Counted from the whole stretch's first letter, positions 18,900 through 29,589 are shown. The stretch is 61,442 bases of DNA, filler included, from 4 parts of 4 records of this genome joined end to end with filler, not necessarily neighbours in it; one strand, 5' to 3'. The notes: a model not told the origin generated them from the letters alone. A program made the numbers and translations.

Positions 18900-18999
18900 N
18901 NNNNNNNNNNNNNNNNNNNNNNNNNNNNNNNNNNNNNNNNNNNTTAATTAATTAANNNNNNNNNNNNNNNNNNNNNNNNNNNNNNNNNNNNNNNNNNNN
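18900..18999. other. Artificial contig linker
   Basis: N run + TTAATTAATTAA (stops in all six frames) + N run. Confidence 0.98.
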
Positions 19000-19000
19000 C

Positions 19001-19603
19001 TACCTGTCGACCAAGAACACCATCCTCAAAGCCTATGATGGCCGCTTCAAGGACATCTTCCAGGAAGTGTTCGACACCGAATTCGCTGACAAGTTCGCAG
19101 AATTCGGCGGCACCTATGAGCACCGCCTGATCGACGACATGGTCGCAGCGGCCATGAAATGGTCAGGCGGCTATGTCTGGGCCTGTAAGAACTATGACGG
19201 CGACGTCCAGTCCGACACCGTCGCCCAGGGCTACGGTTCGCTTGGCCTGATGACTTCCGTGCTGATGAGCCCGGATGGCAACACAGTTGAAGCTGAAGCC
19301 GCCCACGGCACAGTCACCCGCCACTACCGCAACCACCAGAAAGGCGAAGCGACCTCGACCAACTCGATCGCCTCGATCTACGCCTGGACCCAAGGCCTCG
19401 ACCATCGCGGCCGGATGGACGGTACGCCGGAAGTGCGCAAGTTCGCCCAGACGCTGGAAGCGACCATCGTGAAGACCGTCGAAGCCGGCTTCATGACGAA
19501 AGACCTCGCCCTGCTCGTCGGCCCGGACCAGGGCTACCTGACGACCGAAGGCTTCATCGAGAAAGTCGCCCAGAACTTCGAAGAGGCGATGTCGAAGGCC
19601 TGA
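19001..19603 (+). CDS. icd: NADP-dependent isocitrate dehydrogenase, C-terminal part
   Basis: [37 protein letters not shown]. Confidence 0.95.
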   Translation, partial: YLSTKNTILKAYDGRFKDIFQEVFDTEFADKFAEFGGTYEHRLIDDMVAAAMKWSGGYVWACKNYDGDVQSDTVAQGYGSLGLMTSVLMSPDGNTVEAEAAHGTVTRHYRNHQKGEATSTNSIASIYAWTQGLDHRGRMDGTPEVRKFAQTLEATIVKTVEAGFMTKDLALLVGPDQGYLTTEGFIEKVAQNFEEAMSKA

Positions 19604-19627
19604 TCCTTCTGACAATCCGAACAAAGG

Positions 19628-19658
19628 AAAACCCCGCAGCGCCTGCTGCGGGGTTTTT
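19628..19658. terminator. Bidirectional intrinsic terminator
   Basis: AAAACCCCGCAGC-loop-GCTGCGGGGTTTT between convergent genes. Confidence 0.85.
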
Positions 19659-19846
19659 CATTGGGTGTCGGTTGCTTCTGAAGTCACCGCCGCTTCTCCT
19701 GCCGCGGCTTCCGGCGACCTGTCGCCTCTCAACACAAACCAGACAATTCCAACAAGCGCTGCCATCGGGATCAGCCAGAACAGCCATACAGGCCGCGCCG
19801 GGGCGCGTTCTGGCAGGTCTGGCTTCGGATCTCCGGGGTCAGTCAT
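19658..19846 (-). CDS. Small single-TM hypothetical protein
   Basis: 62 aa with one hydrophobic helix (VWLFWLIPMAALVGIVWFVL); ends at the terminator. Confidence 0.5.
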   Translation of the reverse strand: MTDPGDPKPDLPERAPARPVWLFWLIPMAALVGIVWFVLRGDRSPEAAAGEAAVTSEATDTQ

Positions 19847-19929
19847 TCAGGGGCCCTGTGGGATTGTGGAAACGCCGCTCTACCTTCGAGCGTCGTCAAT
19901 GGCGCGCGCAAGTCAAGCTCTGTTCTGGT

Positions 19930-20583
19930 TCAGGCCTCACCCAACAAGCGACGGACGTGATTTTCGAGGTCCAGCTGGCGCAGGCGCTTCAGACGCTCGA
20001 CCAGCAGGATCCGGCGCAGCCGCTGATAGGCGACTTCGAGGTCTTCATTGACGATGACATAGTCATAACGCCGCCAATGCATGATCTCCCGCTTGGCGTC
20101 TTCCATACGCCGGGTGACGATCTCGGGTGTTGAGCCCGGCCGGGCGGCCAGGCGCTGCTCCAGCGCGCTGATACTGGGCGGCAGGATAAACACGGAGACC
20201 ACATCATTCGGCATCTGGTCATGCAGCGCATCGGCGCCCTGCCAGTCGACATCGAAGAGAACATCTTCTCCGGCCTCCAGCCGCGCGACCGTGTCGGCCT
20301 TCGGGGTGCCATAATACTTGTCGAACACATGCGCCCATTCGAGGAATTCACGCCGCTCGATCATGTCGTGAAACTCTTCGATGCTGCGGAAGAAATAATC
20401 CTTTCCGTCCTCCTCGCCCGGACGCGGCGTGCGGGTCGTGGCCGAGACGGAAAGCTTCACATCGTGGAACTCGTCGATCAGCTTGCGGGCAAGCGTCGTC
20501 TTGCCGGCACCCGAAGGGCTGGACAGGACCAGCATGAGGCCGCGGCGTTTGCCGCTGTCTTTGGGGTGTCCGCTATTCGACAT
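19930..20583 (-). CDS. gmk: Guanylate kinase
   Basis: SSPSGAGKTT, SATTRTPRPGE, YYGTP, FILPPS. Confidence 0.96.
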   Translation of the reverse strand: MSNSGHPKDSGKRRGLMLVLSSPSGAGKTTLARKLIDEFHDVKLSVSATTRTPRPGEEDGKDYFFRSIEEFHDMIERREFLEWAHVFDKYYGTPKADTVARLEAGEDVLFDVDWQGADALHDQMPNDVVSVFILPPSISALEQRLAARPGSTPEIVTRRMEDAKREIMHWRRYDYVIVNEDLEVAYQRLRRILLVERLKRLRQLDLENHVRRLLGEA

Positions 20584-21460
20584 TGGCGGCCTGCTCCTTG
20601 AACTGGTCGATTAGTCCTTTGAGACCGAGTCCCGCATTCGTCAAATCGAGGCTGATGGATTTCGAGCAGAGCGTGTTGGCTTCGCGGTTCAGTTCCTGAG
20701 CCAGGAAGTCCAGTTTCCGGCCAACAGGCGAGCCGCCTGCCAGCAGTTCCCGTGCAGAGGCGAAATGCGCGCTCAGCCGGTCGAGTTCCTCGCGCACGTC
20801 CGCCTTGGCGGCGCTCAGCGCGATCTCGGCAGCCATCCGGTCCTTGTCGACCCGGCCACCCGGATCCAGCTCGTCCAGCTGCTTCGTCAGGCGCTCCTTG
20901 AGCAAGGCGGGCTGGGACGCTGCAAGCTCCCCCGCTTCGCGCCAGTGCGCTTCCATGCCTGCGACAAGGCCTTCCAACAATTCCGCCAGCACACCGCCCT
21001 CGCGCTGCCGCTCAACTTGCAGCGCCTGCAACGCTTCCTCGCCGGCAATGGCCAACAGCCTGGTGACCGCGTCATCCCCCCCAAGATCACGCAGGCTCGA
21101 AGCCCCTGGCTCAACGACCCCTTTCACATTCATCAGGCTGGCGAACACATCGCCTGACAAAGCGGTGCCAGTTCGTTTCTCAACGGCGGCGGCCAGCGCA
21201 TCCAGAAGCGCGTTATTGATCGTCGCCATGTCAGCGCCGCTTGCCAGTTCAATTCGCAGCGCGACCTGAAGGGATCCCCGCTTGAAGAATTTCGTTGCGG
21301 CCGATTTGACCACGCGCTCCAGCACTTCCATTCCCGGCGGATAATTCACGCGCACGTCCAGCCCGCGGCCATTAACGCTTTTCGCTTCCCAGGCCCAGCT
21401 TCCCCACTCGGCTTCACCCGCCACACGGGCAAAGCCAGTCATCCCCGAAAGTACACTCAT
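20573..21460 (-). CDS. yicC: YicC/YloC family endoribonuclease
   Basis: MTGFAR, KSVNGRGLD, DVREELDRL, GRKLDFLAQELNREANTLCSKS. Confidence 0.93.
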   Translation of the reverse strand: MSVLSGMTGFARVAGEAEWGSWAWEAKSVNGRGLDVRVNYPPGMEVLERVVKSAATKFFKRGSLQVALRIELASGADMATINNALLDALAAAVEKRTGTALSGDVFASLMNVKGVVEPGASSLRDLGGDDAVTRLLAIAGEEALQALQVERQREGGVLAELLEGLVAGMEAHWREAGELAASQPALLKERLTKQLDELDPGGRVDKDRMAAEIALSAAKADVREELDRLSAHFASARELLAGGSPVGRKLDFLAQELNREANTLCSKSISLDLTNAGLGLKGLIDQFKEQAANVE

Positions 21461-22485
21461 TCCGCTGCCCGCTCCCGTGCGATTTCTTTTCGCTCATAGG
21501 CGCGATAGGCGGCCACGTTGCGATTGTGCTCCGCCAGCGTCTTGGCGAAGAGGTGCCCGCCCTTGCCGTCTGCAACGAAGAAAATGTATTCCGTATGCGG
21601 TAGGTTCAGGACCGCCTCGATCGCCCCGCGCCCCGGATTGCAGATCGGCGTCTTCGGCAATCCGTCAATCTGGTAAGTGTTCCAGTCGGTCTTTGTGTCA
21701 ATCTCGGAGCGGCGGAGCGTGCGGCGTTGACCTTTGGCATTATAAAGCGGCTCACCGCGCGAAACGCCGTAAATGATCGTGGGATCGCTCTCCAGCCGCA
21801 TGCCGCGTTTCAGGCGGGTCGTAAACAGAGCGGCAATTTCAGGCTGCTCTTCTACAAGACCGGTTTCCTTTTCCACGACGGACGCAAGAATGACGGCTTC
21901 ATACGGGGTTTTTACCGGAATATCGGGATCGCGCTTCGGCCACAGATCTTCCAGTAGTTCCGTCTGCTTGTCCTGCATCAGCTTGATCATCTCGGCGCGT
22001 GTCATGCCGCGATCGAACAAATATGTATCCGGAAGGAGCGAGCCTTCCGGGACGTCCTGCTCCGGCATGTCGCCAACCAGAACCGGATCTGCCTCAATCA
22101 CTTTCAGGAGCTGCGCCGTGGTACGGCCTTCGGGCAAGGTGATCTTGTAGAGGACACCTTTGCCCTCGATCAGCGTGTGCAGAACTTCCACCATGCTGGC
22201 GCCACGCTCGATCTTGAACTCGCCGGTTTTGATATCTGTTTCGGAATTCTCGAGCTTCGCCTTGAGGCGGATCAGCTTCGCATCGCGAATAATGCCTTCC
22301 TGTTCCAGTCGTACCGCGACGCTGGCAAGGCCTTCGCCCGGTTCAACATGGAACACGACATCTTCAGCCAGCGGTCCATCGCGGTTCAGCGCATCCTGCA
22401 TCCAGACCCAGCCGGCACCGGAAGCGGCCCCGCCGATGACGAGGGCAAGGACTATGAGCGACAGCAGGCCCTTCAGGAATTTCAT
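21457..22485 (-). CDS. mltG: Endolytic transglycosylase MltG
   Basis: ITLPEG, EGSLLPDTY, ILASVVEKE, LESDPTIIY, GLPKTPICNPG. Confidence 0.93.
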   Translation of the reverse strand: MKFLKGLLSLIVLALVIGGAASGAGWVWMQDALNRDGPLAEDVVFHVEPGEGLASVAVRLEQEGIIRDAKLIRLKAKLENSETDIKTGEFKIERGASMVEVLHTLIEGKGVLYKITLPEGRTTAQLLKVIEADPVLVGDMPEQDVPEGSLLPDTYLFDRGMTRAEMIKLMQDKQTELLEDLWPKRDPDIPVKTPYEAVILASVVEKETGLVEEQPEIAALFTTRLKRGMRLESDPTIIYGVSRGEPLYNAKGQRRTLRRSEIDTKTDWNTYQIDGLPKTPICNPGRGAIEAVLNLPHTEYIFFVADGKGGHLFAKTLAEHNRNVAAYRAYERKEIARERAAE

Positions 22486-22552
22486 GCGCAGCCTCAATCA
22501 GCGGGTTTCCTGCACCGTAGCCTAAGCGGGGTGCAGGACTCCGGAAAGGGAC

Positions 22553-23839
22553 TTACTTCACCTCGCGCAGAACGAGGCTGGCGTTTGTTCCACCAAAGCC
22601 GAAGCTGTTCGACATAGCGGCACGCACCCGGCCCTTCTTGGCCTTGTGCGGGATGAGGTCGATCACCGTCTCAAAGCTCGGATTGTCGAGGTTCAGCGTC
22701 GGCGGCATGACCTGGTCACGAATAGCCAGCGCACAGAATGCGCTTTCGATTGCACCAGCGGCGCCGAGCAGGTGCCCCACCGCTGATTTGGTCGATGACA
22801 TGGACATGTTTTTCGCATGATCGCCAAACGCACGTTCAACAGCGCCCGCTTCGCCTTCGTCACCTTTCGGCGTCGAGGTGCCGTGTGCGTTGACGTAGTC
22901 GATTTCGGTCGGGTCGATGCCGGAATTCTTGAGCGCCATTTTCATGGCGCGATAGCCACCTTCAGCACCCTCGGCCGGGGCCGTGATGTGGTAAGCGTCG
23001 CCGGTCAGGCCGTAGCCGGACACTTCTGCGTAGATCTTCGCACCGCGGGCCTTGGCGTGCTCATATTCTTCAAGCACCAGGACAGCTGCGCCTTCACCCA
23101 TGACGAAGCCGTCACGGTCCTTGTCATAGGGACGCGAAGCCTTTTCGGGCGTGTCGTTGAAATTGGTCGACATGGCCTTGGCGGCGCAGAAACCGGCAAT
23201 GCCAATACGGCCGATCACGGCTTCGGAGCCACCTGCAATCATCACATCGGCGTCGCCATACTTGATGAGGCGGGACGAGTCCCCGATGGCGTGTGCACCC
23301 GTGGCGCAGGCCGTCACGACCGAATGATTCGGTCCCTTGAACCCGTATTTGATCGAGACCTGGCCGGAGGCGAGGTTGATCAGGGCCGAAGGAATGAAGA
23401 ACGGGCTCACCTTACGCGGACCATGCTCGTGCAAGGTGATCGCCGTATCGTAGATGGATTCAAGACCACCGATGCCCGATCCGATCAGGACGCCAGTGCG
23501 TTCCTTCTCTTCTTCATCTTCGGGCCGCCAATTGGCGTCTTCGACAGCCTCCTCTGCCGCCGCGAGGGCATAGAGGATGAACTCGTCGATCCGGCGCATC
23601 TCTTTCTTGGAGACGAATTTTTCCGAATCGAACGCTTCGGGGTCCCCCTCTCCGCCACCACGGCCAGTCACCCATGGCACCTGGAAAGCGATCTTGCAGG
23701 GCATATCCTCGGGATCGAACGTATCGATACGTCCGGCCCCGGACTTCCCGGCAAGCAACCGTTCCCAAGTGGCCTCGCGTGTTGCCGCGAGCGGCGACAC
23801 GATACCAATGCCAGTAATGACGACGCGGCGGTCAGACAT
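22553..23839 (-). CDS. fabF: 3-oxoacyl-ACP synthase II
   Basis: VVTACATG, NAHGTST, KSAVGHLLGAAG, SNSFGFGG. Confidence 0.96.
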   Translation of the reverse strand: MSDRRVVITGIGIVSPLAATREATWERLLAGKSGAGRIDTFDPEDMPCKIAFQVPWVTGRGGGEGDPEAFDSEKFVSKKEMRRIDEFILYALAAAEEAVEDANWRPEDEEEKERTGVLIGSGIGGLESIYDTAITLHEHGPRKVSPFFIPSALINLASGQVSIKYGFKGPNHSVVTACATGAHAIGDSSRLIKYGDADVMIAGGSEAVIGRIGIAGFCAAKAMSTNFNDTPEKASRPYDKDRDGFVMGEGAAVLVLEEYEHAKARGAKIYAEVSGYGLTGDAYHITAPAEGAEGGYRAMKMALKNSGIDPTEIDYVNAHGTSTPKGDEGEAGAVERAFGDHAKNMSMSSTKSAVGHLLGAAGAIESAFCALAIRDQVMPPTLNLDNPSFETVIDLIPHKAKKGRVRAAMSNSFGFGGTNASLVLREVK

Positions 23840-23864
23840 GGAGACCCCTCCTGTCCAGGATGTC

Positions 23865-24098
23865 TTAGATGTGAGCCTTGATATGGGTCACGGCGTCGCC
23901 GACAGTGCGGATGGATTCCTGCACATCGTCCGGAATTTCAATATTGAACTCTTCCTCAAAAGCCATGACCAGCTCGACGAGGTCCAGCGAGTCTGCGCCC
24001 AGATCATCGATGAAGCTCGCGCTTTCGACGACCTTGTCACCTTCCACGTCGAGATTGTCGACAACGATTTTCTTAACACGTTCAAGAACGTCAGACAT
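23865..24098 (-). CDS. acpP: Acyl carrier protein
   Basis: [21 protein letters not shown]. Confidence 0.97.
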   Translation of the reverse strand: MSDVLERVKKIVVDNLDVEGDKVVESASFIDDLGADSLDLVELVMAFEEEFNIEIPDDVQESIRTVGDAVTHIKAHI

Positions 24099-24210
24099 GC
24101 TTACCTCTCTTAAATGCCTGAGGAATGGCCCGAAATCCGAACCATTGTGTTGCGCCTAGCACACAGTTATCCGAGCCGCCAAGCCCTTGTATAGCTGTGA
24201 ACTGTGCCTA

Positions 24211-24948
24211 TCAGATCATAGCCATACCGCCATTTACGTGCAGCGTCTGCCCCGTAACGTAAGCGGCTTCGTCCGAAGCCAGATACACCGCAGCTGCAGC
24301 AATATCGCCACCCTGCCCCAGCCGGCCGGCCGGAATTCTCCCGAGAAGCGAGCTCTTCTGCGCTTCGGGCAACACATCCGTCATCGGCGATTCGATGAAA
24401 CCGGGTGCAATCGCGTTGGCCGTAATGCCTCGGCTCGCGACTTCCTGAGCCAGCGATTTGGTGAAGCCGATCATGCCCGCCTTGGACGCGCAATAGTTCG
24501 TCTGCCCCGGATTACCGGTCACGCCGACAACAGACGTGATGCCGATGATGCGGCCGTGGCGGCGCTTCATCATGCCCCGTACGACACTCTTGGTCAGGCG
24601 GTAGTAGGAGCCGAGATTGATGTTGATGACATCGTTCCAGTCATCATCCTTCATCTGCATCAGCAACTTGTCGCGCGTGATACCGGCATTCGCGACGAGG
24701 ATGTCGAGCGGCCCGATCACCTCTTCTGCTTTTGCAGCGAGGCCATCGACGGCCTCCGGGTCAGACAGGTTGCAGGTCACCACAGCGCTTTCGCCGGGCA
24801 GCGTCGCCGCCACCTCGTTCAGCACGCCTTCGCGCGTACCGGACAGGACGACTTTCGCGCCGGCTTCAGACAGGGCTTTCGCAATCGCGCTGCCGATGCC
24901 GCCGGAAGCGCCCGTGACGAGGGCCGTACGGCCGGTGAGTTTGAACAT
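24211..24948 (-). CDS. fabG: 3-oxoacyl-ACP reductase
   Basis: TGASGGIG, NAGITRD, GNPGQTNYCASK; fab cluster context. Confidence 0.95.
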   Translation of the reverse strand: MFKLTGRTALVTGASGGIGSAIAKALSEAGAKVVLSGTREGVLNEVAATLPGESAVVTCNLSDPEAVDGLAAKAEEVIGPLDILVANAGITRDKLLMQMKDDDWNDVININLGSYYRLTKSVVRGMMKRRHGRIIGITSVVGVTGNPGQTNYCASKAGMIGFTKSLAQEVASRGITANAIAPGFIESPMTDVLPEAQKSSLLGRIPAGRLGQGGDIAAAAVYLASDEAAYVTGQTLHVNGGMAMI

Positions 24949-24952
24949 GGGA

Positions 24953-25903
24953 TTATCCCTTCAAGGCTTGTGCGAAGGCTTCCAGATCCTCAGGCGAACC
25001 GAGGGTGAAGCCGTTCAGTGATTTTTCGATGCGGCGCTGCATGACCGTCAACACTTTACCGTTGCCAACTTCGCCCGTCGTGTCGACGCCTTCGGCCACC
25101 ATGAACTGCACACTCTCGGTCCAGCGCACGCGGCCGGTGACCTGCGCGACGAGGTTCTGACGGATGGTTTCCGGGTCGGTGACAGGCGCTGCAGAAACGT
25201 TGGCGACGACCGGAACGACCGGCGCCTTGATGTCCGTTCCAGCCAGCGCTTCGGCCATTGCATCGGCAGCAGGCTGCATCAGCGAGCAGTGGAACGGTGC
25301 GGAGACGTTCAGCGGCATCGCCTTCTTCACGCCATTGGACCTCGCCCACTCGCAAGCCGCGTCAATTGCGGCTTTGGAGCCGGAAAGCACCAGCTGGCCC
25401 GGTGCGTTGTCGTTCGCCAGTTCGCACGCCCCACCTGCCTCGCGGCCAGCGGCACAAGCGGCCTCAGCCTGCGCTACATCCGCGCCGAGCAGAGCCGCCA
25501 TGGCGCCTTCCCCCGGCTGGACAGCGGACTGCATGGCATTACCGCGGATCCGCAGCAGGCGCGCCGTATCGGCAATCGTCAGCGATCCTGCCGCAGCCAG
25601 CGCGGAATATTCGCCCAGCGAATGGCCAGCCACAAAGGCAGCATCCTTTGCGGAAATGCCGAACTCGGCTTCCAGCGCCTTCATGGCAGCCAGCGAATGG
25701 GCCATCAGGGCTGGCTGGGTGTTTGCCGTCAGCGTCAGCTCTTCAATCGTGCCATTCCACATCAGGTCCGACAACTTCTGGCCGAGCGCCTCATCGACGG
25801 TCTGGAACACCTCACGGGCGGCCGGATAGGCGTCGGCCAGGGCCTTGCCCATGCCGATTTCCTGGCTGCCCTGGCCAGGAAAAATGAAAGCGAGTTTGGT
25901 CAT
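24953..25903 (-). CDS. fabD: Malonyl-CoA:ACP transacylase
   Basis: FPGQGSQ, GHSLGEY, SAPFHC. Start at MTKLAF. Confidence 0.96.
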   Translation of the reverse strand: MTKLAFIFPGQGSQEIGMGKALADAYPAAREVFQTVDEALGQKLSDLMWNGTIEELTLTANTQPALMAHSLAAMKALEAEFGISAKDAAFVAGHSLGEYSALAAAGSLTIADTARLLRIRGNAMQSAVQPGEGAMAALLGADVAQAEAACAAGREAGGACELANDNAPGQLVLSGSKAAIDAACEWARSNGVKKAMPLNVSAPFHCSLMQPAADAMAEALAGTDIKAPVVPVVANVSAAPVTDPETIRQNLVAQVTGRVRWTESVQFMVAEGVDTTGEVGNGKVLTVMQRRIEKSLNGFTLGSPEDLEAFAQALKG

Positions 25904-26113
25904 CGGCGATTCTCCCGAAATTTTCGCCGTGCCTAAAGGTGACACCGCGTGTGCGCAAGCTATTGAAATTCCTTGCCAGATAGGCTTTACAGCCGCCTTC
26001 ATGGACAGGGATGCGGTCCTTGGTACTCCGGAATGAGCCGGGGGAAGAGGGGCCATCGTCCGGCAGTTTCCCGCTGTCAGGCGCCGCACCCCTTTGATTT
26101 TGGGAATGAAAAC

Positions 26114-26452
26114 ATGGCTTTTTACGAGCATGTCGTGATCACACGACCTGACATCTCGCCGGCCCAGGTCGACTCTTTTGTCGAAGAACTGTCCGGCTTC
26201 CTCAAGGAAAAAGGCGCCACCATCGGCAAAACCGAATACTGGGGCCTCCGCAACCTTGCCTACCCGATCAAGAAGCAGCGTAAAGGTCACTACTCGCTGA
26301 TCAACATCGACGGTCCGGCTGAAGCGATCCACGAACTGGAACGCCGCCAGCGCCTGTCCGAAGACGTGATGCGCTACATGACCATCCGCGTGGAAGAGCT
26401 TACCGACGAACCGTCGCCGGTCCTCTCCCGTAAAGAACGCCGCCGCGACTAG
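26114..26452 (+). CDS. rpsF: 30S ribosomal protein S6
   Basis: [21 protein letters not shown]. Confidence 0.96.
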   Translation: MAFYEHVVITRPDISPAQVDSFVEELSGFLKEKGATIGKTEYWGLRNLAYPIKKQRKGHYSLINIDGPAEAIHELERRQRLSEDVMRYMTIRVEELTDEPSPVLSRKERRRD

Positions 26453-26466
26453 GAAAGGGACAGGAC

Positions 26467-26724
26467 ATGGCTCAGAAACTGAACATTACGAATATCCCGG
26501 CCCGCCGTCCGTTCGGCCGCCGCCGCAAGGTCGATCCGTTTTCGGGCGATAACGCCCAAGCGATCGACTACAAGGACGTGAAGCTGCTCCAGCGCTACAT
26601 CTCTGAAAAAGGGAAAATCGTGCCGAGCCGTATCACGGCTGTGAACCTGAAGAACCAGCGCAAGCTTGCCCAGGCCATCAAACGTGCCCGCATGCTCGCC
26701 CTGCTGCCCTTCGAAGTGAAGTAA
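26467..26724 (+). CDS. rpsR: 30S ribosomal protein S18
   Basis: [25 protein letters not shown] ... AIKRAR. Confidence 0.97.
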   Translation: MAQKLNITNIPARRPFGRRRKVDPFSGDNAQAIDYKDVKLLQRYISEKGKIVPSRITAVNLKNQRKLAQAIKRARMLALLPFEVK

Positions 26725-26736
26725 GGAGAGACTGAC

Positions 26737-27324
26737 ATGCAAGTAATCCTCCTTGAGCGCGTCGAAAACCTCGGCGGTATCGGCGAAGAAGTGAAAGTGA
26801 AGAACGGCTTCGCCCGTAACTTCCTTCTCCCGCAAGGCAAGGCCCTGATGGCCAACGACCGCAACCGTGCCCGTTTCGAGCGTGAACGCGACGCCATCGA
26901 AGCCCGCAACGCGGAAGCCCGCGCAGCTGCTGAGAACGAATCCCAGAAGCTGGACGGCGCCATCTTCGTCCTGATCCGTCAGGCTGGCGACACTGGCCAC
27001 CTTTATGGCTCCGTCACCGCCCGTGACATCGCAGACGCTGCTGAAGCCGCAGGCTACAGCGTGCCGCGTTCCGGCGTGCGCCTCGACAAGCCGATCAAAG
27101 AGATCGGCATGTACGACGTGTCCATCCGCCTCCACGCGGAAGTGACCGTCACTGTGCAGGCAAACGTAGCCCGCTCGCAGGACGAAGCTGACCGTCAGGC
27201 CAAAGGCGAAGACATCGTTGCGGCGCTGCAAGCTGCAAACCAGGCGATGGCTGACGAACAAGCCGGCGAACTGGCCGAAGCGGCTGCAGACCGTGCTGCT
27301 GAAGGCCCGGCCGAAGAAGAATAA
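26737..27324 (+). CDS. rplI: 50S ribosomal protein L9
   Basis: MQVILLE, VKNGFARNFLLPQGKA, LYGSV. Confidence 0.97.
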   Translation: MQVILLERVENLGGIGEEVKVKNGFARNFLLPQGKALMANDRNRARFERERDAIEARNAEARAAAENESQKLDGAIFVLIRQAGDTGHLYGSVTARDIADAAEAAGYSVPRSGVRLDKPIKEIGMYDVSIRLHAEVTVTVQANVARSQDEADRQAKGEDIVAALQAANQAMADEQAGELAEAAADRAAEGPAEEE

Positions 27325-27346
27325 GCTTCCCGGCATCCAAGATCAG

Positions 27347-27380
27347 AAAGGCCGCACTTCCGGGTGCGGCCTTTTTCTTT
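27347..27380 (+). terminator. Intrinsic terminator after rplI
   Basis: AAAGGCCGCAC/GTGCGGCCTTT stem followed by a T tract. Confidence 0.85.
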
Positions 27381-27423
27381 GGCATTTCCCGGGCTTGGCG
27401 GGTCATCCACCGATGAGGGGTAT

Positions 27424-27432
27424 TTATCCACA
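27424..27432 (+). promoter_or_regulatory. Consensus DnaA box upstream of dnaB
   Basis: TTATCCACA, 56 bp before the dnaB ATG. Confidence 0.6.
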
Positions 27433-27488
27433 GGTCTGGCCGCTCTATCACCGTGCACTCTCACCTGAGGTAAGGTAGGGTTAACATC

Positions 27489-28988
27489 ATGCCTCTCGAC
27501 GACACAGCTTCCCCCAAAGACACCATCGCGCCGCCGCACAATCTGTCAGCCGAAGCCGCTGTGCTGGGCGCGATCCTGTTCGACAACAACTCCTATCAGC
27601 GCGTCGCGGATATCCTGCGTGCGTCGGATTTTTACGCTCCGGCCCACCAAGAACTCTATGAGGTCGCGTCCGTGATGATTCAGCAGGGCCGCATCGCCGA
27701 CGGCGTGACCCTGCGCGAGCATTTCGAAAAGGCCGAAAAGCTCTCCGAAATCGGTGGCGCCCGCTACCTTGAACAATTGCTCGATTCTGCAGCCTTCGGT
27801 GCGGAGGTGAGCGACTACGCACACATGATCCGCGACCTCGCCATGCGCCGTTCTCTGGTCGGCATCGGCAGCGACCTGCAGGGCCGCGCCCTCCACCCCT
27901 CCCCGGATGAAAGCGGCGAGCGGCAGATTGAACTCGCCGAACGCCAGCTGTTCGACCTTGCCGAACGCGGCGCATCAGGGCGCGGCTTTACCAGTTTCGC
28001 CGAGGCGCTGACGGAATCGCTGAAAACTGCCGAGGCGGCCTACAAGCGCGAAGGCAAGATTGCCGGCATCCCGACCGGCCTGCGCGACCTCGATGAAAAG
28101 CTCGGCGGCATGCACCGGTCCGACCTCATCATCCTTGCTGGGCGCCCATCGATGGGTAAGACCTCGCTCGCAACCAACATCGCCTACAACGCCGCCTCGG
28201 CCTATCGCGCCGAGATGCAGGAGGACGGCTCCAAGAAAACAGTAGACGGAGCGATCGTTGGCTTCTTCTCACTGGAGATGTCGAACGAACAGCTCGCCAC
28301 GCGTATCATCGCGGAACGCACTGGCATCACCACGCACCGCATCCGCCAGGGCGATCTCGACAAGGGCGATTTCGAACGCCTGCGTGAAGCCACGGAAGAG
28401 CTTCAAAACCTTCCGCTCTACATCGATGACACCGGTGGCATCTCGATCAGCCAGCTGGCCGCCCGTGCCCGCCGGTTGCAGCGGTCTGTCGGCCTCGACA
28501 TGATCGTGATCGACTACCTGCAGCTGATCACGGTCAGCACATCCGGCGCCAATTCCAGCCGCGTGCAGGAGATCACACAGATCACCACCTCTCTGAAGGC
28601 GTTAGCAAAAGACCTGAACGTCCCCATCATCGCCCTCTCCCAGCTGTCCCGTGCGGTGGAGCAGCGCGACGACAAGCGCCCGCAGCTCTCCGACCTTCGA
28701 GAATCCGGCTCCATCGAGCAGGATGCCGACGTCGTCATGTTCGTCTATCGCGAAGAATACTACCTCGCCCGGACCGAACCCGGCGCCGATCCGAGCGATC
28801 CGGCCTCAAACGAGAAATGGGCCAAGTGGCGCCAGCGCATGGACGAAGTCTACGGCAAGGCCGAATGTATCATCGGCAAGCAGCGCCATGGTCCAATCGG
28901 CCGTGTCGAACTCGCCTTCGATTCCAACATCACTCGCTTCGGCGACCTGACCAAGGATCAGCAAGGCTACGGCGCCGACTTCGAGTAA
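27489..28988 (+). CDS. dnaB: Replicative DNA helicase
   Basis: PPHNLSAEAAVLG, GRPSMGKT, IDYLQL, LSDLRESGSIEQDAD, KQRHGP. Confidence 0.97.
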   Translation: MPLDDTASPKDTIAPPHNLSAEAAVLGAILFDNNSYQRVADILRASDFYAPAHQELYEVASVMIQQGRIADGVTLREHFEKAEKLSEIGGARYLEQLLDSAAFGAEVSDYAHMIRDLAMRRSLVGIGSDLQGRALHPSPDESGERQIELAERQLFDLAERGASGRGFTSFAEALTESLKTAEAAYKREGKIAGIPTGLRDLDEKLGGMHRSDLIILAGRPSMGKTSLATNIAYNAASAYRAEMQEDGSKKTVDGAIVGFFSLEMSNEQLATRIIAERTGITTHRIRQGDLDKGDFERLREATEELQNLPLYIDDTGGISISQLAARARRLQRSVGLDMIVIDYLQLITVSTSGANSSRVQEITQITTSLKALAKDLNVPIIALSQLSRAVEQRDDKRPQLSDLRESGSIEQDADVVMFVYREEYYLARTEPGADPSDPASNEKWAKWRQRMDEVYGKAECIIGKQRHGPIGRVELAFDSNITRFGDLTKDQQGYGADFE

Positions 28989-28991
28989 AGC

Positions 28992-29486
28992 TCAGGTCAG
29001 CGCAGCGTGCAGCAGGTCCAGCGCCTCTGTGGCGAAGCGGCGCATATTGTCTTCCCGGTCGTTGAGGCCCGTTTCCAGGGTTCGGGAAACCTCGAACCTG
29101 TCGGGCCCACAGACCGCGACGCAGGTGTGTCCCGCCGCATCGCCATAGCCATTGCCAGTCGGGCCGGAAGCGCCCGTCTCACAAAGCCCCCAATCCGCCC
29201 GCAGCGTCCCGCGGATCGTCCGCGAGAGCAGCCGGGCATAGGGTTCCGTCGAGGAGCGCATATCGCCAAGGTCTTCTTTAGTGAGGCCTAACAGGCCGCG
29301 AAACGCCTGAGGTGTATAAATCACCCCTCCGCCCCGGTAGAAGGCCGACGCCCCCGGCTGGGCCAGTAGGGCTGCCGAGATCAGTCCTCCAGCCGAGGAT
29401 TCCGAAATCGCGACGGTTTCGCCGCGCTGTCTGAGGCGCTCACCGATGTCGGCAGCGATGGGGAGAAGGTTTTGCATGCCCTCCAT
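28992..29486 (-). CDS. CinA C-terminal / PncC (NMN deamidase) family protein
   Basis: AISESSAGGLISA, PGASAFYRGG, ETGASGPTG. Confidence 0.85.
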   Translation of the reverse strand: MEGMQNLLPIAADIGERLRQRGETVAISESSAGGLISAALLAQPGASAFYRGGGVIYTPQAFRGLLGLTKEDLGDMRSSTEPYARLLSRTIRGTLRADWGLCETGASGPTGNGYGDAAGHTCVAVCGPDRFEVSRTLETGLNDREDNMRRFATEALDLLHAALT

Positions 29487-29589
29487 GAACCAATGGCGGA
29501 CCAGGCTGGCAAGTCTCTACGTTACGACAGGTGTTGGATTTACCCGTCTTTACCGTCACACTCGCGGGAAACCGCAGGAGGAAACCGAA

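Noticed and set aside
18944-18955. TTAATTAATTAA palindrome, repeated at each gap
   Set aside because: Artificial six-frame-stop linker inside N runs.
26452-26467. Absence of priB/ssb between rpsF and rpsR
   Set aside because: Normal arrangement in Alphaproteobacteria.
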